64,000 bases of DNA from Octopus vulgaris (lineage: Eukaryota), in NCBI GenBank assembly GCA_951406725.2, contig OX597816.1, positions 122,202,001 to 122,266,000 on the forward strand, written 5' to 3'. The notes beneath the pieces are model-generated. The model was not told where the DNA came from. It ran no database searches and saw nothing but the letters and a program-made list of their open reading frames with translations. The translations under genes and the position numbers were made by a program. Shown here piece by piece: positions 54,252-64,000 of the stretch (the stretch's first letter is position 1; every line of letters starts with the position of its first letter).

Positions 54252-55541
54252 GAGGGGCGTTCAATAAGTAATGCCCCTGACCCACTTCCCATAGCAGTAG
54301 AGCAACAAAACTTGGCACAGTTATTAGTCTTTTTCTACATAGGAACCACCCAGAGTTACGCATTTCTCCCATCGTTTGATGCGGCTATGGAGACCGTTTT
54401 TGTAGAAGAACCCATCTTGGTCCTCCAACCTCAACGTGACTTCAGAAATCAAGGCTGCATCATCTGGGAAACGCTTTCCTTTCAAAAACAACTTCATGAT
54501 TGGGGAGAGGTGAAAATCAGAGTGTGCAAGGTCAGGAAAGTAGGGGGGATGGGGAGGAGTTCATAGCCATACGCCTGTGCTTCTTATCTGGCGACAAGCG
54601 AGTTGTGGACCGGAGCGTTGTCCTGCAGGAGGAGGATGCCTTTGCTGATCTTGCCCCGCCTCTTGATTTTGGTAACTTCTCTTAATTTCCTCAAAAGTGA
54701 AGCATAATAGGCTCCTGCAATTGTGGTACCCTTTGCCAGGAAATCTGTCATCACTACTCCGTCCTGGTCCCAGAAGACTGTGAGCATGACCTTGCCAGCG
54801 GAGGGCTGCACCTTTGCCTTCTTTGGAGGGGGTGAGACACGGTGCTTCCACTGCATTGACTGGGCTTTGGTCTCTGGATCATCGTGATGGACCCAGATTT
54901 CATCCTGTGTAATCAGTCTTTTGAAACATTTTGACTCATCTTCTTGGCACATCTCCAAATCCACCCTCGAGCACTCGACACGTTCTTGCTTCTGGAAAGG
55001 CGTGAGCAACCTGGGAATCCATCTGGCAGACACCTTTTGCATATGCAAATGGTCATGAATGATAGTTTCCACAGACCCGGTACTAATCTTGACCTCATGG
55101 GCTATTTGGCGAATAATTATGCGTCGATCTTCCAAAATGGCAGCCTCAACTTGACGGACAGATGCCTCATCAATGGCAGAAGGGGGCGACCAGATCTGGG
55201 AGCTGTTTCCACAGAGTTCCGAATATGTTTGAATTCACGATGCCAGCGTTTTACAAGGTCATATGATGGGGCATCATCGCCATAAGTTACTTTCATTTCA
55301 TCAAAAGTCTCCCGTGGTGTGCGTCCTTTCAAATACAAAAACCGGATCACTGCTCGACACTCAACAGGCTCCATTTCCCACTTGACTCGGTTCAAACACC
55401 TGTAAATCAGAAACCCCAATTAATTCAGAGCTGTAATTTGCCACTTACTCTATAGAGATATAAATGATTGCACATGCGAAATTTCAGCTAGATCAAACAA
55501 CTGCAAGTGGGTCAGAGGCATTACTTATTGAACGTCCCTCG
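54251..55541 (-). mobile_element. Full-length mariner transposon (irritans/Hsmar2-like) with TIRs and TA target
   Basis: TIRs CGAGGGGCGTTCAATAAGTAATGCCCCTGACCCACTT / AAGTGGGTCAGAGGCATTACTTATTGAACGTCCCTCG; 1291 bp; TA on both sides. Confidence 0.95.
54324..55374 (-). pseudogene. Mariner DD34D transposase, one frameshift (~55150-55190) and one stop (54584)
   Basis: MEPVECRAVIRFLYLKG HTH, WIPRLL, TQDEIW, QDNAP, HPPYFPDLAHSD, ...GGSYVEKD stop. Confidence 0.9.
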
Positions 55542-55593
<52 letters not shown>

Positions 55594-57731
55594 CACGGAT
55601 ACATATACGTCTGTGTGTGTGTGTCTGTGTGTTTGCTAATGTCTGTTTTTCCTTTAGTTTTTGTTCACTTATACATACCAACAAATGACGCAATGAGGTA
55701 TTCTCTGTGTGGTTGTTCAATTTGCTAAAAATAACAGCCAAATCTCCCTGATACTATGCCCTTGTTAGTATTAAGGGAATGGAAAATGTTTACTTCTATC
55801 CATCATTACGATTGAAACTAATATTTTTGATTTTGTTTGGCTCTATGAATTTAATTTTTTAAGTGCTTCTGTCCATTGCTTGATACTGGAAATTGGAAAA
55901 TCCTGACCAAAGCAGACAAATTCTAACTTAACAGAAAATATAGAAATAGAAAGAAAAGGTTCTGTTTTCCAAAGCCAAAAGAGGTATCTTTAGCTGGGGT
56001 GTAATTTTATAATTAAAACAAATTCAAAATTTAAATTTCAGAACATAAGAATTACCACGTTATCTGGTGTATAGCCGCAGTTCAAATGAGTACAAAACCT
56101 AAAACAAATGTATGTGTGTGTGTGTATGTGAGTGTATATGTGTGTGTATGTGTGTGTGTGTCTGGGTCTTTAATAACCAGGGGTCAATTTAAGTTCAATC
56201 GCAGAAAGGAATTCAAAAAGGCAACATATGCAATCACATACATACAAACATACCTATACATACACACACATATATAAATATATATATTTATCAGTCACTC
56301 CCAAAAGCCAGTTTGATCCAAAATTCTTTATATAATAACACACACGCAGACACACTCAGCTTTTCGCATTTATTCATTACTTTTTTCTTTTAATCGTCTG
56401 TCACTATTCATCAGTTTTTAGTTTTTGTTTTATTTTGGGTGTTTCACTTTAGCGACACCAGTTACACATGGTACCAGGAAGTGGAAAAGGTGTTTTTAAA
56501 AAGTGCCCCTTTGCACCAAAACGCCCTCTTCGAGCTCCAGATGCCCTCCCACCCGGAGGATGGGGGGATATGGACCCTTTGAGAACTGCTGTTCTAAATT
56601 AATAATTTATACTGTAATCTCATCTTTCTATAGCTGTCTCTTTGCTCTAACTTATTGCTTTTACTGCAATCGCTCTTTTCAAAGTATACCATCACCTTTT
56701 GTTGACGATTGAGCATATCAGCTGCCGCGTACTCAAAATACTAAGCTGGTGTCTAGTTTTTACGTGCCGAGAACGGTGCATTCATCTTTCATCTGTTGAG
56801 TTAACGAATTTTATCAAACTAGACCGACAGGACTACAACTTTGTGATCTGTTATTCCATGCCCACATTGGTATTTTCAAGCAATCCAATTGGTACCTATG
56901 AAATATTTGGAAACGTGTGAGAATGTTTGTGGGGGCTTTATATTCCATCTACTATGAACTTACCTTTCACATCTCAGTCTTGTGTCTAAAATACCATTCT
57001 GGTTTCTCATTCATTGTATATATCAGGGCGTTCCCCCAAACTCTTTCAGATGCCTGAAGAAATTCAGCCTAACTGCCACTGTTAGAGAATAGGCGACTAC
57101 TTGTCTCTAGACACTGCCTTCATTTTTACACACGTGGAGGACTAAGGACTTGCCATCCCAGTTCAGGAAGAATGGCCGTCCCCGGAAATCCAGACTTTCC
57201 GGAACTATTCATCCTCATAATCCAACCGGCTATGCGACGCCTATATCTCCTAACAGTGAAAAATAGGATCCAGTGTGTGCAAGTCGGTAATCCTAGACTC
57301 ACTGAATACTACCGTATTTATATACCTAGGTATTTGAGCTCATTCAGTGGGTGACCTTATTCCAAAGTGACACTCTGTCGTGTGCATTTAAATTTCCACC
57401 TCTAAGTAAGGTTATATTAGTCAGAGAGAATAAGGAAGAAAATAAGTACTTTCTTCTAACACTATGTATGCGTGTGTGTGTGTGTGCGTGCCTGCACGCG
57501 AGTATGTTTGCATGTGTGTGTGTGCGTGCGTGTGTGTGAGAGTGAGAGAGAGGAAGAGAGAGGGTGAGTGAGCTTCCAAATCCTCTTTCCTGATTGGGTG
57601 AAAATGATCAAACTTTAAACCTCTATAACTTTTTAAAACAATTTTCTGGAAAAGAATGAAATAACTCCAGCAATTCAGTTTTGGCAAATGCATTATTGTG
57701 CCAACGTTGGAGTAACCAGGGAACATCGAAG

Positions 57732-58057
57732 GATCCAGTCACTTCGCTATTCAAAAATGTATTGTGTTAAACCGGGCAAAACGCTACAGAAAATTATGAA
57801 ATGCTCCTGAAAATTTATCGATTGAACTGAATAAACCAGCGTCTGTTTTTCGCTGGCACAAGAGCCCAGGTAAACAAGTCCACTAGGAAGTTCCCGATGA
57901 TCCCCTTTTTCGACAACAAGGGCATCATCTACATCCCCTGGGTTTCCTCTGGCCAGACGGTCAACACATATTACTGACTGGAGGTTTTAAGGGGTTCAGT
58001 CCAAAGCACTTGCACCAGGACAATACACCAGTCCATTTGTTGTAGCGATCCAGTCAC
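57732..58057 (+). repeat. Mosaic templated copy of the 59947-60450 mariner relic
   Basis: 57744-58036 is the reverse complement of 60158-60450; flanks are direct copies of parts of 59947-59974. Confidence 0.85.
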
Positions 58058-58304
58058 ACGATATTACACATTTACGTATAGATTTAAAATCCTTATCTGC
58101 AAACATCGATTTCTTTACCGTATATTCAGTGAGATAGGGTATTGTGTGTATGTTTGAGAAGCATTTAATAGACAGTTCTATTCATTTTAAATGCTTGGTT
58201 TCTGTACCCTTAATTGAGCAGTACAGATCAGAATGGGGTTCTATACATCTGCATGTTTTCTCAATCATACCTAAAAACCCTTATATTGATTAGGATACAC
58301 AATC

Positions 58305-59135
58305 TGTGTTGTGTTGTCTGATACATTCATTCGTTTCTTTCCACTGTTATTTAAATAAACACGATAAATATTTCTCTTTCAGTTAAGGTTCCGAAGCTGA
58401 CAAAGCTTTTTCGAGACATTTGTGCTGTGTATGCAAAAGGCGCTATCACTAAAAGAATTGCACACAAATGGTTTTTACGCACTAAAGACGGGAAATTCTA
58501 CCTTGAAGAGTCTTCGCGTTTCCGAAAGATTTGCCTGTTTCAAAGGGGATAGATACAACGAGCTCATCCACACGGATCTCCGCTTATCGACTTGGGAATT
58601 GGCTCAGAAGATGGTATGCTCTTTTAACACCGTCGCCTGTCACCTTCTCTCAACGTGAAGTAAGTCTTGAATGATTCGACTGTGCTTCTTCAACACAAAA
58701 TGACCTGCTCCACACGTCTAATTGAACCCAAAATGTATTCAAGAACTCAGTTGGGAAGTTTTCCCGCCATATCATATTCTACTAACATAGCGCCTTCAGA
58801 ATATAATATTTTTGGTCGCTCTTCAACTTTCAGCGAGGCCCTTTCGTTCAAAGACAACTTGGAACTGAAAAAAGTGGCTCGATGAATTCTTCGAGTCAAA
58901 ACTAGGTGATATCTACTGTTAAATCATTGGCCAGATAGTGGAATGTTGGCAAGTGAACAATGAAGAACATATTACTGAAAGATTTGTTAAAATTGTTTTT
59001 CAACAATTTTAATAAATCTTTCAGTAATATGTTCTTCATTGTTCACTTGCCAACAATACACTATCTGGCCAATGTAAAAATAAGGATTAAAATATAATGC
59101 AAAAGAAACGAATGAATTTGGCTGACAACTTAATA
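58305..59135 (+). mobile_element. Internally deleted mariner relic with TIR remnants and an internal palindrome
   Basis: ATTCATTCGTTTCTTT / AAAGAAACGAATGAAT TIR pair; YSTNIAPSEY (YSPDLAPSD-like); LSTWELAQKM HTH. Confidence 0.7.
58925..59074. repeat. Fold-back palindrome, 73-bp arms, TTTC loop
   Basis: 58925-58997 is the reverse complement of 59002-59074 with about 3 mismatches. Confidence 0.95.
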
Positions 59136-59136
59136 T

Positions 59137-59315
59137 TTGTGTGTGTGTGTTTTCACGCATGTAGACACACACACAGACACACACACGTACACATGTAGAC
59201 ACACATACACATACACACACGTACACAAACACATACATACACACAAACACCTATATATATAAGTGTTAATGCCCGAAACTCTCAATCCTTGAGTCACTCT
59301 GTTTATTTTACCAAA
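59137..59315 (+). repeat. ~180-bp segment duplicated at 63390-63572
   Basis: Shared unique tail TAAGTGTTAATGC.CGAAACTCTCAATCCTTGAGTCACTCTGTTTATTTTACCAAA and the same CA-repeat interruption pattern. Confidence 0.9.
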
Positions 59316-59879
59316 TATATATATATATATATGTACACAAACACTTACACACACATATACGTACAATTTTTAAATGTATGTATACGTACATATATATAAT
59401 TGTGTTTGTGTATGTGTGTAGAAGTAAAGTATATAGATATAGCTGTATCATATATACCTGTATAATTCTGTACTGGATTTAGTTTTGATATTTTGATGTT
59501 GATAAACAATATTACTCCGCACAGAAAATTATTTTGTTTAGTTGAAATGAATTCCTTAAAATACTATTATAATAAACAATACATCAGAGACAGAATGAAA
59601 TGAACTGTTCAATAAATGAAATCAATTTGAAATAACAAAGGATTTCATCGGATTTTCTTAGTAAAATATTTACTATTTTCGAAAACTGAAATGTAATTAA
59701 AAATACACAGTGGATCAAATACGCAGGATGTCAAGCAGAATAATTTCAAAATATAGTATAAATGAAGATAAATCGCTTCAAGAATTTTCCACATGCTTCT
59801 TCTCATGCATTAAAACAATATGCAATCAATGAAATATAAACAAAGTGCATTACAGGAGAGACAATTATTTTCAGGAGAG

Positions 59880-60500
59880 ATAACTACCAAATTCAAAGAA
59901 GTAGAAAACTCTATTCTTTTTATAGAAGGATTCTCTGATTTCAATGCATTTGTTTTAGCGATCCAGTCACTTCGTGAAGACCACATAGAAATCCTCCAAG
60001 TGAGGGTGTCCGTGAGCACTTTCACAGTATCAATCACCTTCTCTTTCAGCTTGGGGAACAACCAAAAGTAACAGGGAGCAAGGTCTGGACTATAGGAAGG
60101 GTGAAGGACAGTTTTGATTCTCATCTCTGTCAAGTAGTTGGTTACCAGGATGGAATTATGGACTGGTGTATTGTCCTGGTGCAAGTGCTTTGGACTGAAC
60201 CCCCTTAAAACCTCCAGTCAGTAATATGTGTTGACCGTCTGGCCAGAGGAAACCCAGGGGATGTAGATAATGCCCTTGTTGTCGAAAAAGGGGATCATCA
60301 GGAACTTCCTCGTGGACTTGTTTACCTGGGCTCTTGTGCCAGCGAAAAACTGACGCTGGTTTATTCAGTTCAATCCATAAATCGCCAGGAGCATTTCATA
60401 ATTTTCTGTAGCGTTTTGCCCGGTTTAAACAATACATTTTTGAATAGCGAGCTTCCAGATTGCCTTCCCGTCCTGACCGCATTCTGCAAACTAGTCATCT
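59880..60500 (-). mobile_element. Internally deleted mariner relic
   Basis: HQDNTPVHNS...HPSYSPDLAPCYFWLFPKLK; N-terminal GKTLQK-type HTH remnant. Confidence 0.85.
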
Positions 60501-61050
60501 GTGAGAAGCAGTGTTTAATACGAGGTTGTTTTCAAAGTACAACTGAAGCTGTCTTCCTCAATCAGGAATAACAAATGTTGGCAGGTCAGCTTATTATATC
60601 TATAGTAATGACTATCTGAAATTACAGTAATGTAGGGCAGTTATTACTGCCTCGCTTTAAAAAATCCAAAACTTCAGGAATGCACCTCATACAGCTTGCT
60701 TCTCTGCCCATTGTATTTCTTTATTCTTGTATTATTGCCCCCCCGCCGATAATGGGATCTTCACGCATCAAACCTTGAAGCTGCTGGTGAACTTTGAAAG
60801 AAAATCAGCTCTTCTCTTCTCTCTGACTCTAAAACAGAGAACTGGAGGTATATGTGTTATCAGAGAGGCCATCATACATTTTTGAGCCTTGCAAATAATG
60901 TTTCTTTCGAGGCACCTCTTCTGTAGAGAATAGTTAGAGCATATATCTGTGTTTAAGGTCTACCAATATACATTACAATTATTTGCATCATTACTTATCT
61001 ACCCTTTTGTTTATAAGATTAAACTTTTGGTCGTAAGCGATACGTGGAGA

Positions 61051-62098
61051 TATCAGGTTGTAACGAAAGTTCTGTCCGTTTATTAAGGCTCATTAATACA
61101 ATAAAAAACAATATCTGATTTATTTAATCATTAATATAGTCATCGTTCTTCTCTTTGACCTATTTCCAGCTGTCGATAAGCTTTTTAAGGCTGCGTTCAT
61201 AAATTTTTTTAGATTTAGAAGTGAAAAAGGAAATTAATTCATTTTCAACTTCTGATCTTGAAGCAAGTCTTAATGCTCAAATTATTTAGTAAACTTCTAG
61301 CGAGATGTAAGGTCTGGAGAACATGGTGGCTAATTCAAAATTTCTCATGCATATTTTTCTAGATGAACATTGGTCTTTTGTACAGTATGGGCTCCGGCGT
61401 TCTCATGGTGAAGGATGACTCCTTTTCTGTTGGTTAACGATGGTCGTTTCTGCTGCAAAACTGTTTTCAAACGTGTTTGATAGTATAGATCGACTGTTAT
61501 TGGTTGATTATTCTCTAAAAGCTCATGATGAATTATTCCACACATACACCACTATATACCCAGAAAAATCTTCCTTGAATGCAGGACACTTTGGGGTTGC
61601 TGTGCTGGCATTTCACTAAGTCTCATTTACTGAGGTTTTTGCTTAATATTATGGTGAAGTGTCCATTTTTCATCTCCTGTAATGACTCTACTAAAATAAA
61701 TAGGTAGTTCACAAGAGCGCAGTGATGCACAGTAGTCAAAACGTTGTTTGCCAGTGTCTGCAGTGAGATAATGTGGTGCCCATTTTCCAACTGTTGACAT
61801 TTTACCAAGCTTTTTCAGCTCACGATGAAGGGTGGTATGGCTTACGTTTAAGCCCGTACTTAGTCCCCGTAATACAACAGTTGGATTTGTTTCAACAGTG
61901 GCTCCAAATGCTTCACGATTCACCCTTGATTCATACTGCTGGCTGTAGTCCCCGTTTCTGAATCATGAAAACCAACTCCTGCATGCTCTCTCAGTCTCTA
62001 CACCATCACCATAAGTGTTTTGGAGTGATTTTGCAGCTACCCTTGCACTCTTCCCGTTTTGAAATTCACAAAGAATAACGTGACAAATATGTTCTTTG

Positions 62099-62100
<2 letters not shown>
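61051..62100 (-). mobile_element. Decayed mariner (different subfamily), truncated at (TA)n
   Basis: GKWAPHYLT, ITGDEKW, GIIHHELL, ILHHENAGAH, HVLQTL/SPDL remnant; TIR-like TATCAGGTTGTAACGAAAGTT at 61051. Confidence 0.85.
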
Positions 62101-62646
<546 letters not shown>

Positions 62647-63249
62647 TACTCACACACACACACACACACGCATATATATATACATACACACGCTGATCAC
62701 TGCTGTCTCTTGTCACTAGAGCACGAGTTCCTGTTAATGGGAATTAGTAAACAGTTTATATGTCTACAAGCGCAGAAGTCTGCCAAACACATAATGATTT
62801 ATGGGGTGCACACAAAACCACGAGAATTTAAACAATAACGCATTTATCTACTGTTAATATCTTCAGGCATATTCGGTCTTGAGTATCTGATCGCTGATGT
62901 TTTTCGTTGCCGGAGAAACACCCCAGCAGATAATTCGTTTGCTGGTCCCAATAATATTTCCCGATCCGGCCGTGGTGTAGCTTTGAATAAATAGACACAA
63001 AAAGGTGGAAACAACTCTGTATCTAGGAGATTCCTAAAGGGAGGAGGTGTTGTTTGGTGGTCAAAAATAAAAGCGATCACACATTCACGCCGTGTATTGC
63101 CAGAACGTTTTAAGAATCACATGATTCACGCGGTTTTGCGTGCAGCTCATAATTTCTTGCACACACGCATATTTTTATAGAATGGGAGTGTGTGTATGCG
63201 CGCGTGTGAATGTATTCATACGTTAAATTTACATATGTCTTATAATCTT

Positions 63250-63640
63250 CTGTTTTACTTATTTCATTCATTAAACTGCAGTCATGCTGAGATATCGCTT
63301 TGAAGTGTTTTGTGGAACAACTCGATGCCAGTACTTATTTTTTAAAACCTGGTGCTTATTCTATAGGCCCTTTGTGCCGAATTGCTTGGTTGTGTGTGTG
63401 CGTTTTCACGCACGTAGACACACACACAGACACACACACGTACACATGTAGACACACATACACACACACACACACGTACACAAACACACACATACACACA
63501 GACACCTATATATATATAAGTGTTAATGCACGAAACTCTCAATCCTTGAGTCACTCTGTTTATTTTACCAAAATTTTTCCCTTATGAGGGAACGTACACA
63601 AACAAACACCTGTTGTCAAATGATGTTAGAGGACAAATAT
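63250..63640 (-). mobile_element. SINE family A tail interrupted by the 63390-63572 duplication
   Basis: Aligns to 63724-63920 on either side of the inserted block. Confidence 0.65.
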
Positions 63641-63723
63641 ATACACAGGCACACGCACAACACATTCACACAAACACACTCACATACATGCACACACACA
63701 GATAAACACGCGCGCGCACACAC

Positions 63724-63936
63724 TTTTACTCTTTTACTTGTTTCAGTCATGTGAGTGTGGCCATGCTGGAGCACTGCATTTAGTCGTGCAAATCGACCCT
63801 AGGACTTATTCTTTGTAAGCCTAGTACTTATTCTATCGGTCTTTTTTCCCGACCCGCTAAGTTACGGGGACGTAAACACACCAGCATCGGTTGTCAAGCG
63901 ATGTTCCGGGGGACAAACACAGACACGCAAACATAT

Positions 63937-63979
<43 letters not shown>

Positions 63980-64000
63980 TATTCATATATACGACGGGCT
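63724..64000 (-). mobile_element. SINE family A (runs off the window end)
   Basis: CTTTTACTTGTTTCAGTCAT..GGCCATGCTGGAGCAC..TATTCTATCGGT..ACGACGGGCT. Confidence 0.85.

Overview
AT-rich, microsatellite-dense eukaryotic DNA with no recognisable host protein-coding exon. The mix of tRNA-derived SINE families, CR1/L2-like, RTE, R4/Dong and Penelope retroelements, mariners and long (TA)n/(TAA)n/(CA)n arrays suggests an octopus (coleoid cephalopod) intron or intergenic region; this is an inference. Most ORFs in the track are microsatellite artefacts. Best-preserved elements: a near full-length CR1-type LINE that splits a SINE (11117-16321), a full-length mariner with TIRs (54251-55541), a decayed Penelope (RT + GIY-YIG) and 5'-truncated LINEs inserted in (TA)n. 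The most interesting signal is a non-coding 501-bp repeat unit at 9120-10187, arranged as a partial tandem plus head-to-head inverted copy. Each arm carries a type I hammerhead-ribozyme fold with a palindromic stem III, as in retrozymes and Penelope pLTRs. Also notable: a second dispersed family with a minimal variant hammerhead-like motif, several long fold-back palindromes, three local templated-insertion events, a pre-miRNA-like hairpin and an RFX X-box. All calls were made by eye; no searches or folding programs were run.
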